From Micrococcales bacterium 32-70-13 (GTDB lineage: Bacteria; Actinomycetota; Actinomycetes; Actinomycetales; Microbacteriaceae), in contig NCEJ01000001.1 in NCBI GenBank assembly GCA_002280615.1, forward strand, positions 1-62,648: a stretch of 62,648 nucleotides of DNA, in the 5' to 3' direction. Shown piece after piece: positions 42,771-52,749 of this stretch. Position numbers and translations under genes: made by a program. How positions within the stretch are numbered: the stretch's first letter is position 1; every line of letters begins with the position of its first letter. The notes under the pieces are model-generated. The model saw only the letters and a list, made by a program, of their open reading frames with translations. It searched no databases and was not told where the DNA came from.

Positions 42771-42796
42771 CAGAACCGGCCCGCGGGCCGGTTCTG
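42771..42796. terminator. Perfect 26-bp palindrome upstream of greA (terminator/attenuator-like)
   Basis: CAGAACCGGCCCGCGGGCCGGTTCTG. Confidence 0.55.
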
Positions 42797-42817
42797 CTGC
42801 GTCAGGAGGGGATTGCC

Positions 42818-43315
42818 ATGAACGACACCGCGGGCACGACCACGCAGTGGCTCACGCAGGAGGCGCACGACCGCCTCGCGGCCGAGCTCGAGCACCTCTC
42901 GACGGTCGGGCGCACCGAGATCGCCAAGCGCATCGAGGCGGCGCGCGAGGAGGGCGACCTCAAGGAGAACGGCGGCTACCACGCCGCGAAGGACGAGCAG
43001 GGCAAGATCGAGGCGCGCATCCGCACCCTCACCGAGCTGCTGCGCACGGCCGTCGTCGGCGTGCCGCCCACGGCGCACGGCGTGGTCGAGCCGGGCACCG
43101 TCGTGACCGCCACGATCCTCGGCGATGAGGAGCGCTTCCTGCTCGGCAACCGCGAGATCGTCGGCGACGAGAGCGACATCGACGTGTACAGCGAGGCGAG
43201 CCCGCTCGGCCAGGCGATCCTCGGCGCGAAGATCGGCGATACCGTCAGCTACACGGCGCCCAACGGCAAGGAGATCGCCGTGACGATCGTCGACGTGAGC
43301 ACCTACACGGGCTAG
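42818..43315 (+). CDS. greA: Transcription elongation factor GreA
   Basis: AREEGDLKENGGYHAAK, SPLGQA. Confidence 0.97.
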   Translation: MNDTAGTTTQWLTQEAHDRLAAELEHLSTVGRTEIAKRIEAAREEGDLKENGGYHAAKDEQGKIEARIRTLTELLRTAVVGVPPTAHGVVEPGTVVTATILGDEERFLLGNREIVGDESDIDVYSEASPLGQAILGAKIGDTVSYTAPNGKEIAVTIVDVSTYTG

Positions 43316-43393
43316 AGCGTCGTCCGCGGGTCGTACCCCGCGACGCGTCAGCGTCGCGCGCGAACGCTACAACGTCGTCCGCGGGTCATATCC
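43312..43393 (-). repeat. Duplicated ilvA 3' end flanking a 28-bp hairpin element
   Basis: 43312-43338 vs 43367-43393 23/27 identical; spacer 43339-43366. Confidence 0.8.
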
Positions 43394-44611
43394 TGCCTCG
43401 CGCAACGCACCGATGACCTGCTCGGCGTGCTCGGGCCCGCGCGTCTCGATGTGCAGCTCGAGCTCGACCTGGCTGATCGCGAGCCCCGAGCCGTGACGCG
43501 TGTGCAGCACCTCGACAACGTTGGCGTTCTGGTCGGCGATGATCTCGCTCGTGCGCGCGAGCTGGCCGGGCCGGTCGGGCAGCGGGATGCGCAGCTTGAG
43601 GTACCGCTCGGAGGCGGCGAGACCGTGGGCGATGACGCGCTCCATGATGAGCGGGTCGATGTTGCCGCCCGAGAGCACGACGACGGTCGGCCCGCTCGCC
43701 GTGATCTTGCCGGTCATGATCGCCGCGACCCCGACGGCGCCGGCCGGTTCGACGACCATCTTGGCGCGCTCGAGCAGCACGAGCATCGCGCGCGCGATGT
43801 CGTCGTCGTCGACCGTCACGACCTCGTCGACGGCATCCCGCACGATCTCGAAGTTGAGCTTGCCGGGCTTGGCGACGGCGATGCCGTCGGCGATCGTGGG
43901 CGAGATCGTGATCTCGGTGACGACCCCCGCGGCGAGCGAGACGGGGTACGCGGCCGCATTGGCCGCCTGCACCCCGATGACGCGGATGCTGCGCCCGAGC
44001 TCGGCCGCGCGCCGCTTGAGCACGCTCGCCACGCCCGAGATGAGCCCGCCCCCGCCGATCGGCACGATCACGGTCTCGAGCTCGGGTACCTGCTCGAGCA
44101 GCTCGAGGCCCAGCGTGCCCTGCCCCGCCACGACGTCGGCGTGGTCGAAGGGCGGGATGTACACGGCGCCCGTTCGCTCGGCGAACTCCTGTGCGGCCTT
44201 GAGCGGCTCGCTCACGGTGTGTCCGCGCAGCACGACCTCGGCGCCGTAGTGGCGCGTGGCCTGCAGTTTGGGCAGCGCGACGCCGATGGGCATGAAGATG
44301 GTGGCCTGGATGCCGAGCTCGCGCGCCGCGAAGGCGACGCCCTGCGCGTGGTTGCCGGCGCTCGCGGCGACGACGCCGCGCGCTTTCTCCTCGTCGCTCA
44401 GTCGCGACATGCGGTTGTAGGCGCCGCGGATCTTGTACGAGCCCGTGCGCTGCAGGTTCTCGCACTTGAGGTGCACGGGCGCGCCGAGCACGTCGCTCAG
44501 GTACCGCGAGGTCTCCATGGGCGTGACCTCGGCCACGCGGCCGACGATCAGGCGCGCGGCCTCGACATCGGCGAGGCTGGGGCCGGCGATCGTGAGGGGG
44601 GCGGCGGTCAT
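43367..44611 (-). CDS. ilvA: Threonine ammonia-lyase (with C-terminal ACT domain)
   Basis: LKCENLQRTGSYKIRGA, SAGNHAQG, GGGGL, EPAG, SGGN, DRPG.L. Confidence 0.95.
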   Translation of the reverse strand: MTAAPLTIAGPSLADVEAARLIVGRVAEVTPMETSRYLSDVLGAPVHLKCENLQRTGSYKIRGAYNRMSRLSDEEKARGVVAASAGNHAQGVAFAARELGIQATIFMPIGVALPKLQATRHYGAEVVLRGHTVSEPLKAAQEFAERTGAVYIPPFDHADVVAGQGTLGLELLEQVPELETVIVPIGGGGLISGVASVLKRRAAELGRSIRVIGVQAANAAAYPVSLAAGVVTEITISPTIADGIAVAKPGKLNFEIVRDAVDEVVTVDDDDIARAMLVLLERAKMVVEPAGAVGVAAIMTGKITASGPTVVVLSGGNIDPLIMERVIAHGLAASERYLKLRIPLPDRPGQLARTSEIIADQNANVVEVLHTRHGSGLAISQVELELHIETRGPEHAEQVIGALREAGYDPRTTL

Positions 44612-45765
44612 GAGCGCTCCTGGGGTGCGGGGGTCGGCGTGCCGGGCAGGATGTCGGTGAGCGTCGGGTTGGGCACCTCGCGCCATCGCCCGCTCGCGAT
44701 GAAGCGCACGACCACGTTGAGGAAGGCCACGATCGGCACCGCGAAGAGGGTTCCGGGAATCCCCGCGATGAGACCACCCGCCGCGACGGCGAAGACGACA
44801 GCCACGGGATGCACGCGCACCGCAGGACCCATGACGAGCGGCTGCAGCACATTGCCCTCGATCTGCTGCACGAGGAGGACACCCGCGAGCATGAGCAGGG
44901 CGATGAACGGCCCGTTGTAGATGAGGGCGATGATCACGGCGAGCGAGCCGGTGACGATCGCACCGACGAAGGGCACGAAGCTGGCGAGGAAGACGGCGAC
45001 GGCGATCGGCAGCGCGAGCGGCAGCCCCAGCAACCAGGCGATGAGCCCGATGCCGACAGCGTCGACGAAGGCGACGAAGATCTGCACCTTCGAGAAGTTG
45101 GTGAGCGTCACCCAGCCGGCGCGCGCGGCGCCGTCGACCGCCGGGCGGGCCGTGCGCGGGAAGAGCCGCACGACGAAGCCCCAGATGCCGCGGCCGTCGA
45201 TGAGGAAGAAGAGCAGCGAGAAGAGGACGAGCACGGTGCCCGCCAGGATCTCGGCCGCCGTGGCCCCAACTGACAGCGCCCCCGAGACGAGGGGGCCGTC
45301 GGTCGAGAAGTCGAGCTCGCCGACGACCGCGTCGATCCAGCCGGTGATCTCGGCATCGCTCAACCCGAACGTCGCGCTGAGCCACACCAGGAACTCGTCG
45401 AAGGCGACCACCGAACGATCGCGCAGGCTCGGCCATCCGGCGCGCACCTCCGCGACGACGAGCCAGACGAGCGCCGTCACGACGCCGAGCAGGGTCACCA
45501 TCGCCATCGTGATCGCGAGCCAGCGCGGGAACCGCAGTCGCCGCTGGAGCCATGCCGCGTACGGCACCAGCAGGGCAGCCAGCAGAACCCCGATGAGCAG
45601 CGGGATGACGAGCAGCCGCAGTTCGATGATGAGGAAGATCAGCACGCCGACAGCACCGGCGACGACCAGGAACCGCCACGACCACGCGGCGGCCGTGCGC
45701 ATGGCGGGCGCGACGGCGGCGTCGCCCGCGGGCGGGAGCGCATCGGCCTTCGGTCGCCAGAACAT
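44608..45765 (-). CDS. AI-2E family transporter
   Basis: FFLIDG, FVPFVG, QQIEGN.LQP, HP, G..G...AVP. Confidence 0.92.
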   Translation of the reverse strand: MFWRPKADALPPAGDAAVAPAMRTAAAWSWRFLVVAGAVGVLIFLIIELRLLVIPLLIGVLLAALLVPYAAWLQRRLRFPRWLAITMAMVTLLGVVTALVWLVVAEVRAGWPSLRDRSVVAFDEFLVWLSATFGLSDAEITGWIDAVVGELDFSTDGPLVSGALSVGATAAEILAGTVLVLFSLLFFLIDGRGIWGFVVRLFPRTARPAVDGAARAGWVTLTNFSKVQIFVAFVDAVGIGLIAWLLGLPLALPIAVAVFLASFVPFVGAIVTGSLAVIIALIYNGPFIALLMLAGVLLVQQIEGNVLQPLVMGPAVRVHPVAVVFAVAAGGLIAGIPGTLFAVPIVAFLNVVVRFIASGRWREVPNPTLTDILPGTPTPAPQERS

Positions 45766-45869
45766 GGCGTCAGTCTACGAGCACGCTACCCAGCGGGGGC
45801 CGGGCGTGCGCCCAGTGCCCGCTATGGATGCCCGCCGCGGCATGCAGCCGCCCTCCGACCCGCGCCGGC

Positions 45870-46952
45870 TCAGGCCGGCGCCACGGCGACGGGCCGCGCG
45901 GTGAGCCGCACGTGCACGGCCTCCCCCGGCACCGGATGACGCCCGACCTCGTGCTGCACCGTCAGCTCGGCCCCGTCGTCGAGGCGCACGCGGGTGCGGC
46001 GCAGCGAGCCGAGGAACGAGGTGGTGAGCACGACCGCGGGGCGGGCATCCGCATCGCCGGCCGCGGCGAACACGACGTCCTCCGGCCGCACGAGCGCGAT
46101 CGCGGCACCCGCGGCGACCGCGGGGTCGATGAGCGGGAGGCGCTGCGTGCCGACGATGACCGCGCCCTCGGCGACCGTGCCAGGCAGGCGGTTGCTGAGC
46201 CCGACGAAGTCGGCGACGAAGGCGCTCGCGGGGCGCGCGTAGAGCTCTTCGGGGGTGCCGATCTGCTCGATGCGACCGGCGCGCATGACGGCGACGCGGT
46301 CGGCGACGGCGAGCGCCTCCTCCTGGTCGTGCGTCACGAACACCGTCGTGATGCCGAGCTCGGTCTGGATGCCGCGGATCTGCTCGCGCAGCTGCACGCG
46401 CACTTTCGCGTCGAGGGCGCTGAGCGGCTCGTCGAGCAGCAGCACGCGGGGCCGGGTGACGAGGGCGCGCGCGAGCGCGACGCGCTGCTGCTGCCCGCCG
46501 CTGAGCTGGTGGGCGTAGCGCGCCCCGTGGTGGTCGAGCCCGACGAGCTCGAGCGCCTCGGCCGCGCGGCGGCGGCGCTCGGCGGCCGCGACTCCGCGCA
46601 TCCGCAACCCGAACTCGACGTTCTGCAGCGAGGTGAGGTGCGGGAAGAGCGAGTACGACTGGAAGACCATGCCGATGTCGCGCTTGTTGGTCGGCGTGCC
46701 GATGACGTCGACGCCGTCGATGAGGATGTGGCCCTCATCGGCGCGCTCGAGCCCCGCGAGCACGCGCAGCGCCGTGGTCTTGCCACACCCCGAGGGGCCG
46801 AGCAGGGCGACGAGCTCGCCGGGCGCGAGCTCGAGCGAGATGCCGTCGAGGGCGGTCGTGCCGCCCGGGAACCGCTTGACGACGTCGACGAAGGCGACGG
46901 GGGCGGCGACGCGCAGCGAGCCCGTGTCGGTGCGGTCGATCAGGTCGTTCAT
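45870..46952 (-). CDS. ABC transporter ATP-binding protein (PotA/FbpC-like)
   Basis: GPSGCGKT, VFQSYSLFPH, LSGGQQQR, LDEP, THDQEEA, TOBE domain. Confidence 0.93.
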   Translation of the reverse strand: MNDLIDRTDTGSLRVAAPVAFVDVVKRFPGGTTALDGISLELAPGELVALLGPSGCGKTTALRVLAGLERADEGHILIDGVDVIGTPTNKRDIGMVFQSYSLFPHLTSLQNVEFGLRMRGVAAAERRRRAAEALELVGLDHHGARYAHQLSGGQQQRVALARALVTRPRVLLLDEPLSALDAKVRVQLREQIRGIQTELGITTVFVTHDQEEALAVADRVAVMRAGRIEQIGTPEELYARPASAFVADFVGLSNRLPGTVAEGAVIVGTQRLPLIDPAVAAGAAIALVRPEDVVFAAAGDADARPAVVLTTSFLGSLRRTRVRLDDGAELTVQHEVGRHPVPGEAVHVRLTARPVAVAPA

Positions 46953-47773
46953 GAGGTCCTCCGGGTGGTGCCGCGCCCGATGGCCCCGATGACGAGCAGC
47001 AGTCCGACGGCGACGAGCAGTGAGATGAGCGTGACGATGACGGCGATGAACGGGTCGTCCTTCTGCACGATGACGAGGGCCGTCTGCAGGTTCTGCCGGT
47101 TGAGCAGCGAGGCGATCGTGAACTCGCCGAGCACGACCGCGACCGAGATGAAGGCGCCCGCGAGCAGGCCGGGCCGCAGGTTGGGCAGCAGCACGCGCGC
47201 GATGACGGTCGGCCAGCTCGCGCCAAGCGAACGGGCCGCCTCGGTGAGGGTGATGACGTCGATCGCGTCGAGGTTCGACTGCACGGCGCGGTAGGCGAAG
47301 GGCAACACGATGATGCCGTAGGCGAGCGCGAGGGTCCACACGCCGCTGCCGGCCGCGCGCGAGATGACCCCGTAGACCGGGGCGAGGCCGACCACGAGCA
47401 CGATGGCGGGGATGCTGATCGGCAGCAGGCACACGAACTCGAGCACCCGGCGCAGCTGCGGCAGCTTGAGCTGCACGACGATCATCGTCGGCACGAGAAG
47501 CACGAGCATGAGCGCGACGGTCGCCGCCGCGAGCACGAGCGAGTTGCCGATCGCCTGCCCGAGCACGCGGTACTCGGGCCCGAGGTCGAACGTGAGCACG
47601 GTGATCCAGCGGTCGAGGCTGTAGCCGCCCTCGAGCCCGCGCCGCAGGGTGAACTCGACCATGGCCACGATCGGCACCGCGAACAGCAGGCCGACGGTGC
47701 CGAGGATGCCCCAGCGCGCGAGGCGGCTCGGGGTCGGCACGCCCGTGCGGGTCGCGCCGGGCATCCCGCTCAT
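46949..47773 (-). CDS. ABC transporter permease
   Basis: EAARSLGA motif, 6 TMs. Confidence 0.9.
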   Translation of the reverse strand: MSGMPGATRTGVPTPSRLARWGILGTVGLLFAVPIVAMVEFTLRRGLEGGYSLDRWITVLTFDLGPEYRVLGQAIGNSLVLAAATVALMLVLLVPTMIVVQLKLPQLRRVLEFVCLLPISIPAIVLVVGLAPVYGVISRAAGSGVWTLALAYGIIVLPFAYRAVQSNLDAIDVITLTEAARSLGASWPTVIARVLLPNLRPGLLAGAFISVAVVLGEFTIASLLNRQNLQTALVIVQKDDPFIAVIVTLISLLVAVGLLLVIGAIGRGTTRRTS

Positions 47774-48672
47774 CGCTGCCACCGCGAGGCGCGGCGCTGC
47801 AGGAGCGCGTACAGGGCCATGACGACCGCCATCACGACGATCATGCCGAGAGCGAGCGCTCCGGCGAGGTTCTCGCGGCCGAGCAGCGTCTCGCTCGTCA
47901 GCGCGGCGCGGATCTGCAGCGGCACGATCGACTGCCCCTGGCTCGTGAGCGCGGCCGCGGTGGCGTACGACGAGAAGGCGTTCGCGAACAGCAGCAGCAG
48001 CGAGCCGAGGAAGGAGGGGGCGAGCACGGGGAACCCGATGCGCCACCAGAAGGTCGCCGTCGTGCCCCCGAGCGTGGCGCTCGCCTCGGCCCACTGCGGC
48101 TTGAGCGCCTCGAGCGCGGGCATGAAGATGATGATCATGAGCGGCACCTGGAAGTAGATGTAGGGCAGCACGAGCCCGGGCGCCTCGTAGAGCCACACCC
48201 CGTCGGCGAAGATGTCGATGCCGAGCCGGTCGCGCAGCAGCACGGTGATGAAGCCCTGGATGCCGATGGTCGCGACGAAGGCGAAGGCGAGCATGACGCC
48301 GCCGAACTGCGCGAGCACGCCGCTCACGGCGTCGATGCCCGACCGTAGGGGGCCCTCGGGGCGCGTGCCGATGAGGGCGTAGCAGACGAGCGCGCCGAGC
48401 ACGGCGCCGACGACGGCCGTGACGGCCGAGAGCACGATCGAGGTCGTGAAGCCGCTCACGACAAAGGGGTCGGCGAGCGCAGCGACGTTGTCGAGCGTGA
48501 ATGCGCCCTCGCCGTCGACGAAGCCGGTGCCGAGCGCGAGCGCGGTCGGCAGGCCGAGGAAGAGCAGCACGTAGAGCGCGAAGGGGACGACCCCCCACAC
48601 CGGGGAGGCGATGAAGCCGGCCGTGCGGGCCGACCCCCGGGGCGCAGTGCCCCGGGGGTCGGCCGTCGACAC
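47770..48672 (-). CDS. ABC transporter permease
   Basis: YFQVPLM, EASATLG, 6 TMs. Confidence 0.88.
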   Translation of the reverse strand: MSTADPRGTAPRGSARTAGFIASPVWGVVPFALYVLLFLGLPTALALGTGFVDGEGAFTLDNVAALADPFVVSGFTTSIVLSAVTAVVGAVLGALVCYALIGTRPEGPLRSGIDAVSGVLAQFGGVMLAFAFVATIGIQGFITVLLRDRLGIDIFADGVWLYEAPGLVLPYIYFQVPLMIIIFMPALEALKPQWAEASATLGGTTATFWWRIGFPVLAPSFLGSLLLLFANAFSSYATAAALTSQGQSIVPLQIRAALTSETLLGRENLAGALALGMIVVMAVVMALYALLQRRASRWQR

Positions 48673-48682
48673 GACGGGCGTG

Positions 48683-49807
48683 CTACTGGACAGCGGTCGC
48701 CCAGCGCTCGCCGAGCAGGGCCGCGGCGGCCTCGCTCTGCGCGGCCGTCGGCACGACGGTGTCGGCCGGCGCCTCGGGGAGCGCCGCGTAGAGCGCCTCG
48801 TCGATCTCGCCGTTCGCGACCATCGAGGCCTCGAGGGCCGGACGGGCGCCACCCTTCAGCCAGAGGTTCTGCACCTCGGGGCTGTAGAGGAACTCCATCC
48901 AGAGGCGCGCGGCCGCCGGGTTCGGAGCGTCGATGTTGATGGCCTGGTTGTAGTAGCCGGCGTATCCGGTACCGGGCAGCACGACGACCTCCCAGTTGCG
49001 CTGGCCGTCGAGGTCGGCGGCGTAGCCGTTGTTCAGGTAGTCCCAGTCGAAGACGACGGGGGTCTCGCCCGACGCGACCGTGGCGGGGGTCGGGTCGATC
49101 TTCACGAAGTTGCCGACCGCGTTGAGCTCTTCGAAGAAGTCGATGCCCGCACCGAAGTCGTCGAGCGTCCCGCCGTTCTGCACGGTCGCCATGCCGACCG
49201 CCGCGAACGCCGCGCCGGCCTGCGTCGGGTCGCCGTTGATGGCGACCTTGCCGCGGTACTCCTCGCCGAGCAGGTCGTCGAGGCTCGTCGGGGCCGGAAC
49301 CGCGTCGGGGTCGTACCCGATGGCCATGTACCCGCCGTAGTCGGCCCAGAACAGTCCGTCCTCGTTCTTGAGCTCGGCGGGGATGTCGTCCCAGCGCTCG
49401 ACGAAGTAGGGCGCGAAGTAGTCGGTGCTCTGCAGCGCCACGGCGAGGCCGAGGTCGAACACGTCGGGAGCGGTGTCCTGCCCGGCGAGGTTCTCGGCGG
49501 CCTGGATCTCCTCGGCGCTCGAGGCGTCGGGCGACGCCTCGGTGACCGTGATCTCGGGGTAGCGCTCGATGAAGAGGTCGAGGATCTCGCCGTAGTTCGC
49601 CCAGTCGCGCGGCAGCGCGATGACGTTGAGCGCTCCCTCGGCCTTGGCGGCGGCCTCGAGGTCGGCGAACGTGCCGAAGTCGGCGATGCTCGTAGCGGTG
49701 GCCGCATCGACCCCCGAGGCAGGGGCCTCGGTGGTGGCGCAGGCGCCGAGCGTCAGTGCAGCCGTCGTCGCGAGAGCGACGGCGGCGAGAGTGCGTGTGG
49801 TGTTCAC
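48683..49807 (-). CDS. ABC transporter substrate-binding lipoprotein (PotD/AfuA-like)
   Basis: Lipobox LGAC, AAKAEG.L, DWANYG, PNPAAARLW. Confidence 0.9.
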   Translation of the reverse strand: MNTTRTLAAVALATTAALTLGACATTEAPASGVDAATATSIADFGTFADLEAAAKAEGALNVIALPRDWANYGEILDLFIERYPEITVTEASPDASSAEEIQAAENLAGQDTAPDVFDLGLAVALQSTDYFAPYFVERWDDIPAELKNEDGLFWADYGGYMAIGYDPDAVPAPTSLDDLLGEEYRGKVAINGDPTQAGAAFAAVGMATVQNGGTLDDFGAGIDFFEELNAVGNFVKIDPTPATVASGETPVVFDWDYLNNGYAADLDGQRNWEVVVLPGTGYAGYYNQAINIDAPNPAAARLWMEFLYSPEVQNLWLKGGARPALEASMVANGEIDEALYAALPEAPADTVVPTAAQSEAAAALLGERWATAVQ

Positions 49808-49889
49808 GAATCCTCCGGGTCGGGCCGCGGCGGCTCGGGCTGTGTTCCGAGCACGGGGAACCGCGACTGCTCCGCAGTCTACGCACGCT

Positions 49890-49930
49890 CGGTGACGCGA
49901 TGGGTCTCCCTCGGTGAACGACCGGCGAAC
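49890..49930 (-). promoter_or_regulatory. PHO-box-like 11-bp direct repeats upstream of the ABC operon
   Basis: Minus strand GTTCGCC-N4-GTTCACC-N4-GAGACCC-N4-CGTCACC, followed by -10 TAGACT (49876-49881). Confidence 0.6.
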
Positions 49931-49974
49931 CCCCGACGACCACCACGGTCGGCGCGCGGCGCTACGGTGAACGC

Positions 49975-51189
49975 GTGACGCGATTGACCGCCGCGCAGGC
50001 GCGCCGCCTCGCCCTCGCCGCCCAGGGCTTCGACCGCGCGCATCCGGCCGCCGTCGGCACGCGCCAGCTCACCGCGGCGATCGACCGCCTGCAGGTGCTG
50101 CAGCTCGACTCGGTGAACGCCTTCGCGCGCTCGCACTACCTGCCGCTCTTCGCGCGCCTCGGCGCCTACGACCCGGCCGCCCTCGACGCGCTCATCTTCG
50201 CCCGCCGCGGCCGGTACACCGAGTACTGGGCGCACGAGGCGGCGATCATCCGGCGCGATGATTGGCCGCTCTGGCACTGGAAGCGCGAGGCGCTGCGCGA
50301 GCGCTTCACGCTCAAGAGCGCCTGGGTGCGCGAGAACACGGCGATGCTCGACTGGCTGCTGCTCGAGCTCGCGGTGAAGGGGCCCCTCACGGTGAGCGAG
50401 GTCGAGCATGATGCGACCGAGCGCCGCGGACCGTGGTGGGGCTGGAGCGAGGTCAAGGAGGGGCTCGAGTACCTCTTCGCGTTCGGCGACGTGGTGAGCG
50501 GCGGGCGCCGCGGCTTCTCGCGCGTGTACGCGCTGCCGCACCAGGTCGGCCTCGCCGAGCTGCACGAGGTCGCCGTGCCTCGCGCCGAGGCCCAGCGCGA
50601 GCTCGTGCTGCGCGGCACAAAGGCGCTCGGCGTCGGCACGGTCGCCGACATCGCCGACTACCACCGCCTGAAGATCACGCCGACGCGGGATGCCCTCCGC
50701 GACCTGCTCGCGGCCGGCGAGGTCGAGCGCGTCGAGGTCGAGGGGTGGGGGCGCGACGGCCGCGACGGTGAGGGGTTCGTGGTGCCGGGGGTGAGCATCC
50801 CGCGCCGCATCGAGGCGACCGCCCTGCTGTCGCCCTTCGACCCCGTCGTGTGGAGCCGCGACCGCGCCCTGCGCCTGTTCGGCTTGCACTACCGCATCGA
50901 GATCTACACGCCCGCGGCGAAGCGGCAGTACGGCTACTACTCGCTGCCCGTGCTCGTCGACGACCGCGTGCTCGGCCGCATCGACCTCAAGAGCGACCGA
51001 GCAGTCGGCGTGCTGCGCGTGCAGAGCGCGTGGGTCGAGCCCGGGGCCTCCGCCTCCGAGCTCGCGGCGCGCGTGGCGCCCGTGCTGCGACGCGCGGCCG
51101 CCTGGCAGGGTCTCGGCGAGGTCGTCGTGGCCGACCCGCTCTGGGGCGACGCGTCGGCCGCGGTGCGCGCCGCCCTCGCTGCGGGCTAG
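49975..51189 (+). CDS. YcaQ/AlkZ family (HTH_42) crosslink-repair DNA glycosylase
   Basis: QLDSVN..ARSH, EYWAHEA, LLSPFD, YRIEIYTP..KR.YGYY. Confidence 0.9.
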   Translation: MTRLTAAQARRLALAAQGFDRAHPAAVGTRQLTAAIDRLQVLQLDSVNAFARSHYLPLFARLGAYDPAALDALIFARRGRYTEYWAHEAAIIRRDDWPLWHWKREALRERFTLKSAWVRENTAMLDWLLLELAVKGPLTVSEVEHDATERRGPWWGWSEVKEGLEYLFAFGDVVSGGRRGFSRVYALPHQVGLAELHEVAVPRAEAQRELVLRGTKALGVGTVADIADYHRLKITPTRDALRDLLAAGEVERVEVEGWGRDGRDGEGFVVPGVSIPRRIEATALLSPFDPVVWSRDRALRLFGLHYRIEIYTPAAKRQYGYYSLPVLVDDRVLGRIDLKSDRAVGVLRVQSAWVEPGASASELAARVAPVLRRAAAWQGLGEVVVADPLWGDASAAVRAALAAG

Positions 51190-51192
51190 CCG

Positions 51193-51262
51193 CGCGTGGT
51201 GCGGTTCGTCGCATTCGGCACGCACCGTTTCCGGCCAGATGCGAAGAACCGCACCGAACGCG
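51193..51262. repeat. Long imperfect hairpin between convergent genes (REP-like or bidirectional terminator)
   Basis: GGTGCGGTTC/GAACCGCACC and TCGCAT/ATGCGA arms. Confidence 0.6.
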
Positions 51263-51268
51263 TGAACC

Positions 51269-52147
51269 CTAGAAGCGGTTCGAGTTCTCGATGAGGCGCT
51301 TGACCCGCTCGGCGATGGGCGGGTGGGTCTGGAACATGCGGTCGACGACGCCCGGCTTCATCGGGTCGCTGATGTAGAGGTGGGCCATGGTCGAGTTCTG
51401 GCGGCGCATGGGCCGGGCGTAGTCGCCGAGCTTCTGCAGGGCACTCGCGAGGGCCTCGGGGTCGCGCGTGGTGAGGGCGCCCGTCGCGTCGGCGAGGTAC
51501 TCGCGCTGCCGCGAGACGGCGGCCTGCACGACCGCGGCGACGAGCGGCGCGATGACCATGGCGGCGAGGCCGAGCACGAGCATGATCGGGTTGCCGTTGC
51601 TGTTGCGGTTGCCGCCCCAGAAGGCCATGCGGAACAGGATGTCGGCGATGAACCCGACCGCGACGACGAGGCCGAAGACGATCGTCGAGACGCGGATGTC
51701 GTAGTTCTTGACGTGCCCGATCTCGTGCGCCATGACGCCCGCGAGCTCGCGGTCGGTCATGAGCTCGAGCAGGCCCGTCGTCGCCGCGACGCTCGCGTGC
51801 TTCGGGTCGCGGCCCGTCGCGAAGGCGTTGGGCGCGGGGTCGTCGATGACGTAGACGCGCGGCATCGGCAGGCCCTCGGTGATCGCGAGGTTCTCGACGA
51901 TGCGGTACAGCCGCGGGTTGTCGGCCTTGGTGATCGGATGCGCGCCCGCGAGCCCGAGGGCCTGCGAGCCCGCCGCGAAGTACTGCACGAGCGTGTAGAT
52001 CGTGGCGCCCACGAGCGTGCCGATGAAGATCGTGAAGCCGCCGCCGAAGTAGTAGTCGGCGAACAGCCCGAGCATCCCGATGATGATGACGAACAGCAGG
52101 ATGATGAACACCGTGTTGCGCTTGTTCGCCGCGATGGCGCGATACAC
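51269..52147 (-). CDS. htpX: M48 family zinc metalloprotease HtpX
   Basis: PNAFATG, HEIGH, SRQREY.AD, THPP. Confidence 0.9.
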   Translation of the reverse strand: MYRAIAANKRNTVFIILLFVIIIGMLGLFADYYFGGGFTIFIGTLVGATIYTLVQYFAAGSQALGLAGAHPITKADNPRLYRIVENLAITEGLPMPRVYVIDDPAPNAFATGRDPKHASVAATTGLLELMTDRELAGVMAHEIGHVKNYDIRVSTIVFGLVVAVGFIADILFRMAFWGGNRNSNGNPIMLVLGLAAMVIAPLVAAVVQAAVSRQREYLADATGALTTRDPEALASALQKLGDYARPMRRQNSTMAHLYISDPMKPGVVDRMFQTHPPIAERVKRLIENSNRF

Positions 52148-52182
52148 CTAGTCCTCCGGACGCGGGGTCGGGGTGCGGTGGA

Positions 52183-52749
52183 TCAGAACTGCACGCGCGG
52201 CGGCTCGGCGATCGCGGCGGCGTCGGCAACCTCGAAGAAGTCGCGCTCGGTGAAGCCCAGGCCGCGCACGAACAATGTGTTCGGGAACTGCTTGATCTTC
52301 ACGTTGAGCTCGCGCACACCGCCGTTGTAGAACCGGCGCGAGGCCTGGATCTTGTCCTCCGTGTCGACGAGCTCACCCTGCAGCTGCAGGAAGTTCTGGC
52401 TCGCCTGCAGCTGGGGGTACGCCTCGGCGACCGCGAAGATGCTCTTGAGCGCCTGCTGCATGTGGCCCTCGGCGACGGCGGCGTCGGCCGGGCCCTGGGC
52501 GCCGAGCGTCTCGGCTCGGGCCTTCGTCACGGCCTCGAAGACCTGCTTCTCGTGCGCGGCGTAGCCCTTGACCGCCTCGATGAGGTTCGGCAACAGGTCG
52601 GCGCGGCGCTTGAGCTGCACCGTGATGTCGCTCCACGCCTCGTCGACGCGCACGTTGAGCGTGACGAGAGAGTTGTAGGTCGCCCACAGGTAGATGCCCG
52701 CGATGACGACGAGCAGGACGAGGACGCCGATGACCACCAAGAATTCCAT
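52183..52749 (-). CDS. lemA: LemA family protein
   Basis: YN.LV, QLKRR.DL.PNL, EAYPQL, RRFYN, FP. Confidence 0.95.
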   Translation of the reverse strand: MEFLVVIGVLVLLVVIAGIYLWATYNSLVTLNVRVDEAWSDITVQLKRRADLLPNLIEAVKGYAAHEKQVFEAVTKARAETLGAQGPADAAVAEGHMQQALKSIFAVAEAYPQLQASQNFLQLQGELVDTEDKIQASRRFYNGGVRELNVKIKQFPNTLFVRGLGFTERDFFEVADAAAIAEPPRVQF

